From Bacteroidota bacterium (lineage in GTDB: Bacteria; Bacteroidota; Bacteroidia; UKL13-3): 64,000 nt of DNA. A model generated the notes under the pieces. That model did no database searches. It saw only the letters and a program-made list of their open reading frames with translations, and was not told the origin of the DNA. Both the position numbers and the translations under genes were made by a program. Positions 1 to 9,323 of this stretch are shown in pieces (position 1 is the stretch's first letter; every line of letters begins with the position of its first letter). Where the stretch lies: contig CANGVA010000003.1 of the NCBI GenBank assembly GCA_947457395.1, positions 2,063 to 66,062 on the forward strand, written 5' to 3'.

Positions 1-1
1 G

Positions 2-316
2 TATGATGATTTTGATAAGATAGACTTACGTGTAGGTAAAATTCTGGAAGCAGAGCGTGTGCCTAAAGCAGATAAATTATTAAAACTTACTGTGGATTTG
101 GGTTTTGAAAAGCGTACCATTTTATCAGGTATTGCTGAGTATTACAAGCCGGAGGAGTTGGTTGGCAAACTGGTAACGGTTGTGGCTAACCTGGCACCCC
201 GCAAAATACGCGGTATTGAAAGTCAGGGAATGCTGCTCATGGCAGGAAATGATTTTGGTAAATTATACAGCGTAGGACCTGAGCAGGATATTGAGCCCGG
301 TAGTGTAGTGAAATAA
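2..316 (+). CDS. metG: methionine--tRNA ligase, C-terminal tRNA-binding OB (EMAP/CsaA-like) domain; 5' end lies outside the window
   Basis: The frame is open from nt 2 (YDDFDKIDLRVGKILEAERVPKADKLLKLTVDLG...ESQGMLLMA...GSVVK*). The GTG at 59 in the ORF track is internal. The sequence is typical of the tRNA-binding domain that ends bacterial MetRS. Confidence 0.75.
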   Translation, partial: YDDFDKIDLRVGKILEAERVPKADKLLKLTVDLGFEKRTILSGIAEYYKPEELVGKLVTVVANLAPRKIRGIESQGMLLMAGNDFGKLYSVGPEQDIEPGSVVK

Positions 317-361
317 ACAAAATGGTGTGGCAACTTGATTTGTATAACAGATTGCAGATAT

Positions 362-398
362 TTGCGGCATTCAATGGATAGAATATATGGTCTCGTAG
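362..398 (+). repeat. Copy 1 of a 37-bp direct repeat carrying tRNA-Arg fragments (D-arm-like TTCAATGGATAGAATA, then TAT, then the first 10 nt of the tRNA, GGTCTCGTAG)
   Basis: TTGCGGCATTCAATGGATAGAATATATGGTCTCGTAG is identical at 362-398 and 476-512. This copy is followed by unrelated sequence containing an imperfect hairpin (CGAAAAATAGCAAAC GAT GTTTGCGTAATTTTTCG, about 402-446). Confidence 0.8.
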
Positions 399-475
399 TC
401 CCGAAAAATAGCAAACGATGTTTGCGTAATTTTTCGAGGATGCTCGCGACAGAGCAAAATCAAAGATTTTGACTG

Positions 476-512
476 TTGCGGCATTCAATGGATAGAATAT
501 ATGGTCTCGTAG
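476..512 (+). repeat. Copy 2 of the 37-bp direct repeat; its last 10 nt are the 5' end of the intact tRNA-Arg
   Basis: Exact repeat of 362-398. The 16-mer TTCAATGGATAGAATA occurs three times (369-384, 483-498, and 513-528 inside the tRNA). Confidence 0.8.
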
Positions 513-577
513 TTCAATGGATAGAATAGATGTTTCCTAAACATTTGATACAGGTTCGATTCCTGTCGAGACTACCA
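503..577 (+). tRNA. tRNA-Arg (anticodon CCT), CCA encoded
   Basis: Hand-folded cloverleaf. Acceptor GGTCTCG/CGAGACT (G1-U72 wobble). D-arm GTTC-AATGGATA-GAAT. Anticodon arm GATGT-TTCCTAA-ACATT. Variable loop TGAT. T-arm ACAGG-TTCGATT-CCTGT. Discriminator A followed by CCA. Confidence 0.9.
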
Positions 578-776
578 ATAAAAGCAATTAAAAATTTGAA
601 TTTCAAATAATTCAGGGCTTCTTTGTTTTTGTGAAACTAACCAAGCTACAATTGCTTGAGTTGTTTCATAAAAAAACTAAACCAATTCCGGTTTTTCTGG
701 TTCTTGATACAGATAATAATCTCGTTTTATACACTTAATAATTATTCAACATCTGTTATACAAACATTTTAGTTAT

Positions 777-1916
777 ATGAAAAACCAAATTATTACAGTT
801 GCTGGCATTTTAATTCTGCTAACTCAACTCGTTTCTTGTAAAGAGGGAGATAAAAAAGAGAATACCGTGCCTGAAACACCGGTGGTAGTAGGGCCGGTTA
901 ATCTTATATTAGATACGCTTCTCACAGGTTTAGATCAACCTTGGGGCATGGCCGTATTACCTAACGGTAACATACTAATTGCAGAAAAAACGGGCACCAT
1001 GAAATTATGGCAAAATGGAATCACTGCAACTGTTGCAGGTTTGCCCAATATTAGAAATGCCGGTCAAGGTGGGTTAATGGATATAGCCTTACACCCCAAC
1101 TTTGCCCAAAACAACCTCATTTATTTTACCGCCACAACAGATACTGCAAGCGGTTATAGCACTGCTTTGTATAGTGCTAACTTAACATCCAATCAGTTAA
1201 CAGGAGTTAAAAAACTGTTTCAAAGTACACAGGTAAATACCTCAAATGTGCATTTTGGCAGCCGCATTGTTTTTGATAAAAACGGAAAAGTATATGTATG
1301 TTTGGGTGAACGGAATGAAACCACACAATCACAAAACTTGAGCAATCATGCTGGGAAGGTAATTCGTATCAATGATGATGGAAGTATACCTTCTGATAAT
1401 CCTTTCATCAATACAACCGGAGCAATTAAAGATATTTATTCCTATGGTCATCGTAATCCTCAAGGCATGGTAATGCATCCGCTAACCGGGCAAATTTGGT
1501 TGCATGAACATGGACCCAAAGGTGGGGATGAAATTAACCTGATTCAGCCGGGTGCAAACTATGGCTGGCCACTTGCTTCTTTTGGCATCAATTATAATGG
1601 CACCCCTGTTACAAAAGATACGGCTGTGCCTGGAACCCTTCAGCCTGTGCATTACTGGGTGCCATCTATTGCACCATGCGGTATGGATTTTTATATGTCG
1701 GACAGCATTCCACAATGGAAAGGCAGGTTGTTTATTGGTGCACTGGTAGGCCAGCATTTAAACATCATAACCCTTTCAGGAAATAAGGTTACCAAAGAAG
1801 AGCGCCTGTTGCAGGGCTTTGCCAGGTTCAGGTGCGTAAAGGCAGGTTGGGATGGTTATCTTTATTTCTTAACAGAATCACCCGGTTTATTGTGTCGTTA
1901 TCGTCCTAAAAAGTAA
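777..1916 (+). CDS. PQQ-dependent soluble sugar (glucose/sorbosone) dehydrogenase family protein, secreted or lipoprotein
   Basis: Signal peptide with LVSC lipobox. Beta-propeller GSDH-type motifs: GLDQPWGMAVLPNG, HFGSRIVFDKNG, YSYGHRNPQGM, HEHGPKGGDEINLIQPGANYGWP. Confidence 0.8.
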   Translation: MKNQIITVAGILILLTQLVSCKEGDKKENTVPETPVVVGPVNLILDTLLTGLDQPWGMAVLPNGNILIAEKTGTMKLWQNGITATVAGLPNIRNAGQGGLMDIALHPNFAQNNLIYFTATTDTASGYSTALYSANLTSNQLTGVKKLFQSTQVNTSNVHFGSRIVFDKNGKVYVCLGERNETTQSQNLSNHAGKVIRINDDGSIPSDNPFINTTGAIKDIYSYGHRNPQGMVMHPLTGQIWLHEHGPKGGDEINLIQPGANYGWPLASFGINYNGTPVTKDTAVPGTLQPVHYWVPSIAPCGMDFYMSDSIPQWKGRLFIGALVGQHLNIITLSGNKVTKEERLLQGFARFRCVKAGWDGYLYFLTESPGLLCRYRPKK

Positions 1917-2163
1917 AATACGCTCAGGTTTTTATCTTACCGCAGGCCTTGTTTATTGTGGGTATTTCATCTTACCAAACAATGCTGTTATCCTTCACAG
2001 GTAAATAACACGTATAATTTTCTTGAATAAAACAGGCTTACTTTGCTTAATCACAACACAATTGTTTTAATAGTATTGTTGCATGCGAAATATTTGTAAG
2101 TTGGGTTGTTTATAAATAGCCTCTTTATACATGGATTAGCTATCCATTACACGTGCCCTTGAT

Positions 2164-2418
2164 TTGTATGCCAAAGAACAGTACAATGAAACCATTGTGT
2201 ACTGCGATTCTTTAATTGCTTATAGAACGCAACGTGAAGAGGCCTGGATGCTTAGAGGCAAAGCTCACGTACAACCGGGTTTATTTGTTATGGCCATTTC
2301 AGATTTTACGCAAATCCTTCGTTATAACATAGATCAAACAGAAGCGTATGCCTTGCGTACCGGTGCCCGCCCAGAGTTAAGCATGTGTTATCATAACAGC
2401 GCAGACAATTATCATTAG
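2164..2418 (+). pseudogene. Possible remnant of a TPR-repeat protein
   Basis: Short TTG-initiated ORF with TPR-like helices (EEAWMLRGKAHVQ..., TEAYALR). There is no signal peptide or clear start. Weak call. Confidence 0.2.
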
Positions 2419-2521
2419 ATTCTAATTAGTCATAAGTATTTTATCTGAAAAGGCTTTTTTGATTTATGTCAAAATTCCAATCAGCGGGTTCAATTTTATT
2501 TGTACTTGTAATTTTAAACTT

Positions 2522-3088
2522 ATGATTATTCAAGTAATTCAGATGATTGTTGAGTTGGCACTCACCATTTTATTTGCCGATTTTATTTCAGGATTTGTGC
2601 ATTGGTTTGAAGACACTTATGGTACGGAGAAAACCCCTATTTGGGGTAAATGGGTTGTTAAACCCAATCTGGAGCACCATGTGCATCCGGCAGCATTTAC
2701 CAAAAAAACATGGCTGCAAAGTTCTTGGGATCTTACCTTAATTTCAGGATTAATTGTACTCATTGCTTATTGGAACAATGCACTTACATGGCATGTTTGG
2801 GTTTTTGCCGTGCTTTCAGCCAATGCAAATCAGGTGCACAAATATGTTCATATGCCTGCACGGAAGGTTCCTTTTATTGTTAGATTTCTACAGCAAGTAG
2901 GGTTGTTCCAAAAGCCAAAGCATCATGCTGTGCATCACTCCGGAGAAAAAAATAAATCATACTGCGTGCTTACCCCTTATGCAAATTATATCCTAGATGC
3001 AGTTTATTTTTGGCGTGCTCTTGAGTTTATGTTAAAGCCAATTTTAGGAGAGCCAAGGCTGGCTGAAAAAGAAATGCAGCAACATTAA
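2522..3088 (+). CDS. Membrane lipid desaturase of the FAD4/CarF/TMEM189 family (Lipid_desat domain)
   Basis: Histidine clusters typical of this family: FVHWFEDTYG, LEHHVHP, NQVHKYVH, KHHAVHHSG, within a polytopic membrane protein. The start was moved to the ATG at 2522 (MIIQVIQ...) because the upstream extension has no family-like sequence. Confidence 0.7.
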   Translation: MIIQVIQMIVELALTILFADFISGFVHWFEDTYGTEKTPIWGKWVVKPNLEHHVHPAAFTKKTWLQSSWDLTLISGLIVLIAYWNNALTWHVWVFAVLSANANQVHKYVHMPARKVPFIVRFLQQVGLFQKPKHHAVHHSGEKNKSYCVLTPYANYILDAVYFWRALEFMLKPILGEPRLAEKEMQQH

Positions 3089-3116
3089 CAGCAGGATTTA
3101 TATCTTTATAAATATT

Positions 3117-3677
3117 ATGAGCCTCATTAATCATATTAGTAAATTAACACCCATCAGCGAGTATGCACTAGCTTGGCTAAAACAACATACAGAGGAGTTT
3201 ATATTTAAGAAAAATGAGATTATACTGAATGAAGGTAAAGTATGCAACCATCTGTATTATGTTGTAAATGGATTGGTGGGTAGTTACTATATAATCGATG
3301 ATCAGGAAGTATGTAACTGGATTGCGATGGAAGAAGATATGGCTACTTGTTATTACAGCTTTATCTCCCGTGAGCCCTCTTATGAAACCATTGTAGCATT
3401 TGAGAATTGTACGGTTCAGTCCATAAGCTATCATCATGTTCAGGAGTTATATAAAAAGTTTCCTGAGACAGAAAAAGCCGGACGATTAATTCTGGAAAAT
3501 TATTATTCCAGACTTGAAGAACGTTTAATCTCCATTCAATTTAAAACAGCTAAGGAGCGATACGATATGCTATTTAATAAGCGACCTGAAATATTTAACC
3601 GTGCGCCTTTGGGTAAGGTGGCAACCTATTTGGGAATGAAGCAGGAAACCTTAAGCAGGTTAAGGTCGGGAAAATAA
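3117..3677 (+). CDS. Crp/Fnr-family transcriptional regulator (cNMP-binding domain plus C-terminal HTH)
   Basis: Size and layout fit the family. Beta-roll region FKKNEIILNEGKVCNHLYYVVNGLV. C-terminal HTH KVATYLGMKQETLSRLR. Confidence 0.75.
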   Translation: MSLINHISKLTPISEYALAWLKQHTEEFIFKKNEIILNEGKVCNHLYYVVNGLVGSYYIIDDQEVCNWIAMEEDMATCYYSFISREPSYETIVAFENCTVQSISYHHVQELYKKFPETEKAGRLILENYYSRLEERLISIQFKTAKERYDMLFNKRPEIFNRAPLGKVATYLGMKQETLSRLRSGK

Positions 3678-3789
3678 TTTTGTTTACTTTGGGCCCTTCA
3701 GAAGCGCCAAAGAAAAAATACTTTTTAAATCGCCAGGTTACAGAGCAATAATAAATAGCCTCGCAGGCAATAATGAAATCAGTTTAGCT

Positions 3790-5808
3790 TTATTCTGCTT
3801 CGTCACCCAAAATGCCATCCGGGCTCATTATGGTGTCAACCAGATTAGTATCCGGTGCAAGTTTAATAAACTCTTTTGCTTTACCCGGAATAGGAAATAG
3901 GTGTGTTAGGTTCATGGTATCTTCCGGCATCAAAACTGTTCTGCGAACCATCAAATCAGATAAAAATTTAAACTGCCTGCCTACAAAATCTTTCAGGTTT
4001 CCTTGTTTGTCAAAACGCCACATAAACCCTTTAGGCCTTGGAATAATGGTTGCTAAAAACAAGCTCTCTCCAAGGGTTAGGTCTGAAGGTTTTTTACTAA
4101 AGTAAAAACGTGATGCCTCACCAATACCATAAACATTGGGTCCCCATTCAATAATATTTAAATACACCTCAAACATGCGCTCTTTAGTGGACAAGCGATT
4201 GTTTTCTAAAATATATACCAGCAATATTTCTTCCAGTTTTCGCGATAAGGTTTTTTCTCTTGTTAAGAATACATTTTTAACCAACTGCATGCTGATGGTG
4301 CTGGCACCGCGTGCAAATTTTCTTTTACGAATGTTTTTAATTATTGACTGACGAAAGGCTTCATCAATAAAACCTCGGTGATAAAAGAAAGATGGATCTT
4401 CAGTAGTAAGCACAGATTTTTTTAGGTAGGGTGAAATCTGATCAAGCGGAGTAAAATCAGGATTGGCAAGGCTAACCAGGATGGGGCGCATGGGTCTTCC
4501 GTTTTCAATTGGCACGTGCACAAAATCACTGTTAAGCTTATTTAGATTAGCTTCGCCATATTGTTTAATAAACAGGCCATACTTTTGCAGATTGCTTTCA
4601 AAAAGCAAGTCTTTTGGTTTGTTTTCATTGTAAACAAAATCCATACGGTAATCAAACGAGCCTTCTACCAACATGCCTTGAAAATGGTTGAAGAGCCCTT
4701 CAGGTAAAGATGAAATAAACTCCTGTGCCGGCATTTGCGGTATGCGAATGCCAAGCCTAACAATGGTATCAGGGCTGTTTTCAAATTGTATAAACGGATG
4801 AAATGCTACTTGATTAAAGCGAATAACAGAACTGCTATCTAAACCTATAAAGCTTGCACCTGCCTGCACATGATAAGCAATCGATGCATGGTTTATTACT
4901 ACATCACGTTTAGATATTTTGGGATGATTGATTAAAAATTGCGAAATGGAGGCAGAGCCTTTAACGTGCAATACATCATCTTCCAGGGTTACGGATGCCA
5001 GTGTAAAACGAATTGAATCAAAACCGGTATTCAGATTAAATTTATCTGTAATATATGGTATACGAATACCATCGGTATCCTGATTAAACAATTGAACATC
5101 GGCTTTCTTTTCTCTCGGACTGGCATTACCTTCAAGCACCCAATGCTGCTTAAAATCTCTGGCATTTACAATGATGTCAGAGTGTAGGGCCTCATCTGCC
5201 AGTTGTAACTGCTGCACCTTGAAAGAAACAGTTTGTGCATCTTCTTTAAAACGTAGCTCACATGCTTGTAACAGCAAATTACTTGGCACCTGAGATAATA
5301 TTTTTGAAATCAGGTTGTAAACCGTTTTTGCATAGTTTGATTGCTTATCGGTATTGGCATCTTCGGTTGTTGCTTCTTCATCGGATTTTTCAGGATGCAG
5401 AAAGTAATCAATATTGGTTACTGAATCTGTTTTAACTAATTGTATAAGGCCATTTTCAACCAGTACATCCCTTATCCTAAAATCAAGGAGTAGAGCGTAT
5501 CCTAGCCTAATGCTACTTTGCACGTTTTGTGCATACAGCAAGGTATCCATCCCAGCGGGTACAAGACAAAGCTGCTGAATTTGCACACCGGCCAGCCCGG
5601 TAAATGCAGCGTGGCTGTATGTTAATTTTGTTTGGTAAGTTGTTTGCAGTTTAGCAGCTGCCTTATCCATCACCTTGCGCAAAAGATAATTACGCAGGCC
5701 AAAGAAAGACAACACAGCTAAAAGCAAAAAAACACCGGCAACAATGGCCAGTGTTCTGAATATCTTTTTTGCTTTACGGGCAACAACCATGGATGGTTTG
5801 CTAATCAA
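3790..5808 (-). CDS. Monofunctional peptidoglycan glycosyltransferase (GT51) with a long N-terminal membrane-anchored extension
   Basis: C-terminal GT51 motifs EDPSFFYHRGFIDEAF and RGASTISMQLVKNVFL. One N-terminal transmembrane helix. About 450 aa of unassigned sequence lies in between. Confidence 0.8.
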   Translation of the reverse strand: MISKPSMVVARKAKKIFRTLAIVAGVFLLLAVLSFFGLRNYLLRKVMDKAAAKLQTTYQTKLTYSHAAFTGLAGVQIQQLCLVPAGMDTLLYAQNVQSSIRLGYALLLDFRIRDVLVENGLIQLVKTDSVTNIDYFLHPEKSDEEATTEDANTDKQSNYAKTVYNLISKILSQVPSNLLLQACELRFKEDAQTVSFKVQQLQLADEALHSDIIVNARDFKQHWVLEGNASPREKKADVQLFNQDTDGIRIPYITDKFNLNTGFDSIRFTLASVTLEDDVLHVKGSASISQFLINHPKISKRDVVINHASIAYHVQAGASFIGLDSSSVIRFNQVAFHPFIQFENSPDTIVRLGIRIPQMPAQEFISSLPEGLFNHFQGMLVEGSFDYRMDFVYNENKPKDLLFESNLQKYGLFIKQYGEANLNKLNSDFVHVPIENGRPMRPILVSLANPDFTPLDQISPYLKKSVLTTEDPSFFYHRGFIDEAFRQSIIKNIRKRKFARGASTISMQLVKNVFLTREKTLSRKLEEILLVYILENNRLSTKERMFEVYLNIIEWGPNVYGIGEASRFYFSKKPSDLTLGESLFLATIIPRPKGFMWRFDKQGNLKDFVGRQFKFLSDLMVRRTVLMPEDTMNLTHLFPIPGKAKEFIKLAPDTNLVDTIMSPDGILGDEAE

Positions 5809-5810
5809 AA

Positions 5811-6377
5811 TTAAACGTGCATCAATTCCGCTTCTTTGGCAGCAGTGATATCGTCTATTTTCTTAATATAGTTGTCGGTTGTTTTTTGTATTTGTGTTTC
5901 GGCACCCTTTGCTTCATCCTCGGCTAAACCTTCTTTTTGAAGTTTCTTTACAGCTTCATTCGCATCTTTACGAATATTTCGAATGGCTACTTTGGCGTGT
6001 TCCGCTTCACCTTTTACTTTTTTCACCGTTTCTTTTCTGCGCTCTTCAGTTAGGGGTGGAAGTGTAATGCGCACAATATTTCCATCATTGGTTGGCTGCA
6101 GCCCAAGATTGGCAATCACAATACCTTTTTCAATAGGTTGTATCATGGCCTTTTCCCATGGTTGTATCACAATGGATTTTGCATCGGGTGTACTTACGTT
6201 GGCTACCTGATTCAGCGGCACTAGGCTTCCATAATAATCAACTTTTACGGCATCAACCATGCTGGGGTGTGCTTTGCCTGCGCGAATTTTTGCAAACTCA
6301 GATGCTGCGTGATCAATCGCCTTATCCATGGCTGATTTCAGGCTATCAAAAACTTCTTTTAAACGTGGGTCGCTCAT
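5811..6377 (-). CDS. frr: ribosome recycling factor
   Basis: Full-length RRF-like sequence (FAKIRAGKAHPSMVDAVKVDYYG..., LPPLTEERRKE). Conserved frr-pyrH-tsf-rpsB neighbourhood. Confidence 0.95.
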   Translation of the reverse strand: MSDPRLKEVFDSLKSAMDKAIDHAASEFAKIRAGKAHPSMVDAVKVDYYGSLVPLNQVANVSTPDAKSIVIQPWEKAMIQPIEKGIVIANLGLQPTNDGNIVRITLPPLTEERRKETVKKVKGEAEHAKVAIRNIRKDANEAVKKLQKEGLAEDEAKGAETQIQKTTDNYIKKIDDITAAKEAELMHV

Positions 6378-6443
6378 ATGACGGTGCTATTAATAGGGAT
6401 TCGAAAATAATGAAAAAGTGAATATGAAAAGTGATGAAAAAAA

Positions 6444-7151
6444 TCAGCTTACCAGGGTGCCTACTTTTTTTCCTTCGCAAACCTTCAGAAAATTACCCTT
6501 TTTATTCATATCAAAAACCATGATGGGCATGTTGTTTTCCTGACACAAGGTAATGGCGGTAAGGTCCATTACATTCAGCCCACGTTCATATACTTCGTTA
6601 AAGCTGATTTTATCAAAACGTTTAGCGTTTTTATCTTTTTCAGGATCGGCCGTATAAATGCCATCTACACGGGTGCCTTTAAGCACCAGATTGGCTTCTA
6701 TTTCTACTGCTCTTAAGGAGGCAGCTGTATCTGTAGTAAAATAAGGATTACCGGTGCCGGCACCAAAAATAACTACACGACCTTTTTCTAAGTGGCGCAT
6801 GGCTCTTCTACGAATAAATGGCTCGCATATTTGTTCCATCTTTATGGCGCTGAGCAGGCGTGTTTTTATACCATTTTTTTCCAATGCCCCCTGCAACGCC
6901 ATGGCATTAATAACAGTTGCCAGCATGCCCATATAATCAGCCTGTGCTCTATCTGCAATACCGCCTGAAACGCCTTGTACACCTCTGAAAATATTTCCGC
7001 CTCCTATTACAACTGCTACTTGCACACCTTTATCAAGCACTTGTTTGATATCGTTTGCATATTGTTCTAAAATTTTTGGGTCAATACCATATTGTTGATT
7101 GCCCATCAGGGATTCACCGCTGAGTTTTAGGAGTACACGTTTATACTTCAT
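6444..7151 (-). CDS. pyrH: UMP kinase
   Basis: [14 protein letters not shown] and [11 protein letters not shown] motifs; synteny with frr and tsf. Confidence 0.95.
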   Translation of the reverse strand: MKYKRVLLKLSGESLMGNQQYGIDPKILEQYANDIKQVLDKGVQVAVVIGGGNIFRGVQGVSGGIADRAQADYMGMLATVINAMALQGALEKNGIKTRLLSAIKMEQICEPFIRRRAMRHLEKGRVVIFGAGTGNPYFTTDTAASLRAVEIEANLVLKGTRVDGIYTADPEKDKNAKRFDKISFNEVYERGLNVMDLTAITLCQENNMPIMVFDMNKKGNFLKVCEGKKVGTLVS

Positions 7152-7188
7152 CTGGGTTGGGTTTGATATAAATTATACAAGTATACGG

Positions 7189-7219
7189 CAAAAAAAATCC
7201 CCCGATAAACGGGGGATTA
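7189..7219 (-). terminator. Rho-independent terminator downstream of tsf
   Basis: On the minus strand: AATCCCCCGTTTATCGGGGGATT followed by a T-run (7-bp GC-rich stem). Confidence 0.75.
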
Positions 7220-7233
7220 AAAAATTTAATTGA

Positions 7234-8067
7234 TTAGCCTAAAGCAACACGTTTAAAGGCTTTTACAACAAGGCCTTTTTCTACGCCATCCAGCATCTGG
7301 GCTATGCTTTTTGAGTTATCTTTTACAAACTCCTGATTCATTAAGGTAGACTCTTTGTAGAATTTACCCAATTTTCCCTGAGCAATTTTCTCAAGCATAG
7401 CTTCAGGTTTTCCTTCGGCACGCGCTTGCTCTTTACCAATTTCAATTTCGCGTGTTACAATGGTAGGGTCTACATCATCTTTATCAACTGCAACAGGATT
7501 AAGGGCTGCAACCTGCATGGCCACATCTTTTCCTGCTACAAAATTGGCATCACTAGGGGCAATGCTTAATGAAACCAGCACACCTAAGCGGTTTGCACCA
7601 TGTATATAGGCAACAATATTTTCGCCTTCCATCAGTTCATAACGCACCACATCAATTTTCTCTCCTATTTTACCAACCTGATCGGTTATGCGTTCAGCAA
7701 GGGTTGCACCATCAAACGGCAATGCTTTAAGCGCATCAGCGTTAGCAGGCATATTAGCCAGGGCCAAATCTGCAATGGCGTTGGCAAATTTTACGAAGTC
7801 TTCATTTTTTGCAACAAAATCGGTTTCACAGCTAAGTTGCACAATCACACCCGCTTTTCTGTCGGCTGTTGTTTTTGCAATAACTGCGCCTTCTTTAGCT
7901 TCACGATCGGCACGTGCTGCAGAAACCTTCGCGCCTTTTTTACGCAGGTTATCTATAGCGGCTTCAAAATCGCCATTGGCTTCGGTTAATGCCTTTTTGC
8001 AATCCATCATTCCGGCTCCTGTCATTTGGCGGAGCTTATTAACATCAGCTGCACTGATAGTAGTCAT
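7234..8067 (-). CDS. tsf: translation elongation factor Ts
   Basis: N-terminal UBA-like ISAADVNKLRQMTGAGMMDCKKALTEANGDFEAAIDNLRKKG. Confidence 0.95.
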   Translation of the reverse strand: MTTISAADVNKLRQMTGAGMMDCKKALTEANGDFEAAIDNLRKKGAKVSAARADREAKEGAVIAKTTADRKAGVIVQLSCETDFVAKNEDFVKFANAIADLALANMPANADALKALPFDGATLAERITDQVGKIGEKIDVVRYELMEGENIVAYIHGANRLGVLVSLSIAPSDANFVAGKDVAMQVAALNPVAVDKDDVDPTIVTREIEIGKEQARAEGKPEAMLEKIAQGKLGKFYKESTLMNQEFVKDNSKSIAQMLDGVEKGLVVKAFKRVALG

Positions 8068-8120
8068 AGTATATTTTCTTAATTATTGATTATTAAATGA
8101 TTAAATTATGAGAAGTATGT

Positions 8121-8150
8121 AAAAAAATCGGCACGCAGCCGATTTTTTTT
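8121..8150 (-). terminator. Rho-independent terminator downstream of rpsB (symmetrical A/T runs, possibly bidirectional)
   Basis: AAAAAAATCGGC-ACGCA-GCCGATTTTTTTT: a 6-bp stem flanked by an A-run and a T-run. Confidence 0.65.
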
Positions 8151-8154
8151 ATGA

Positions 8155-8895
8155 TTAAGCTTCTTCTCTTTCAGCTGCTGCCTCTTTGTTTTCGGCCTCT
8201 GATTCCTTTTCGCGTTTACGCTCTGATAAGCCTTCCACAATGGCATCTGTAATCACACGTGAAATCAGTGCTATTGATTTGGCGGCATCATCATTTGCCG
8301 GAATCGGATAATCCACTACAGTTGGGTCAGAATTGGTATCTACAATACCAAAAGTAGGGATATTGAGTTTGTGTGCCTCGGCAACCGAGATGTGCTCACG
8401 TTTAATATCTACAATAAACAAAGCAGCAGGCAGGCGGTTTAAATCTGCAATACCACCTAACAACCTTCTCAATTTTACTTTCTCACGCTCCACCATCAAA
8501 CGTTCTTTTTTGTTGATGTTTTCGTAAGTACCGTCTGTAGCCATTTTCTCCAGGGCCTGAAGTTTTTTAATGGATTTACGTACGGTAGCAAAATTGGTAA
8601 GCATACCACCAAGCCAGCGCTCAGTTACAAAAGGCATGTTCACGCGTGTTGCTTCATTTTCGATGATTTCTTTGGCTTGTTTCTTAGTAGCCACAAAAAG
8701 CACCTTACGTCCTGATTTTACAATGTTTTTAATGGCTGCTGCGGCCTCATCCAGCTTTACTGCTGTTTTGTTTAGATCGATGAGGTGGATTCCGTTCTTT
8801 TCCATAAAAATATATGGGGCCATTTTCGGATTCCATTTGCGGGTTAAGTGTCCAAAGTGAACACCCGCTTCCAATAATTCTTCCTGTTTTACCAT
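8155..8895 (-). CDS. rpsB: 30S ribosomal protein S2
   Basis: [24 protein letters not shown], with the acidic C-terminal tail common in Bacteroidota S2. Confidence 0.95.
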   Translation of the reverse strand: MVKQEELLEAGVHFGHLTRKWNPKMAPYIFMEKNGIHLIDLNKTAVKLDEAAAAIKNIVKSGRKVLFVATKKQAKEIIENEATRVNMPFVTERWLGGMLTNFATVRKSIKKLQALEKMATDGTYENINKKERLMVEREKVKLRRLLGGIADLNRLPAALFIVDIKREHISVAEAHKLNIPTFGIVDTNSDPTVVDYPIPANDDAAKSIALISRVITDAIVEGLSERKREKESEAENKEAAAEREEA

Positions 8896-8933
8896 TTAGA
8901 TTAAGTGTATATTGATTCGTTAAAAAATAGAGA

Positions 8934-9320
8934 TTAACGTTTAACGAACTGGAAGCGTTTACGTGCTTTTTTCTGACCTGATTTCTTACGTTCAACCATA
9001 CGTGGGTCGCGGGTAAGTAAACCAACAGCCTTCATAGCGGGCTTCAGTTCTGCGTTGTATTTTACCAATGCACGTGCAATAGCCAGTTTTACTGCATCAG
9101 ACTGGCCGGTTACACCACCACCATCTACATTACAGTTAACATCAAACTGGCCGGCCGTACCGGTTACTTCAAAAGGTTTATTTACGCTGTTTTGCAGCAA
9201 TACAGTTGGAAAAAATACGTTAGCTTCTTTTCCGTTAACTGTAATTTTACCTGTTCCGGCAGTCATGTAAATGCGGGCTACAGATGTTTTTCTTCTTCCT
9301 AATGCGTTTATCGCTTCCAT
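8934..9320 (-). CDS. rpsI: 30S ribosomal protein S9
   Basis: GRRKTSVARIYM...GGGVTGQSDAVKLAIARAL..., ending in KKARKRFQFVKR. Confidence 0.95.
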   Translation of the reverse strand: MEAINALGRRKTSVARIYMTAGTGKITVNGKEANVFFPTVLLQNSVNKPFEVTGTAGQFDVNCNVDGGGVTGQSDAVKLAIARALVKYNAELKPAMKAVGLLTRDPRMVERKKSGQKKARKRFQFVKR

Positions 9321-9323
9321 TGA

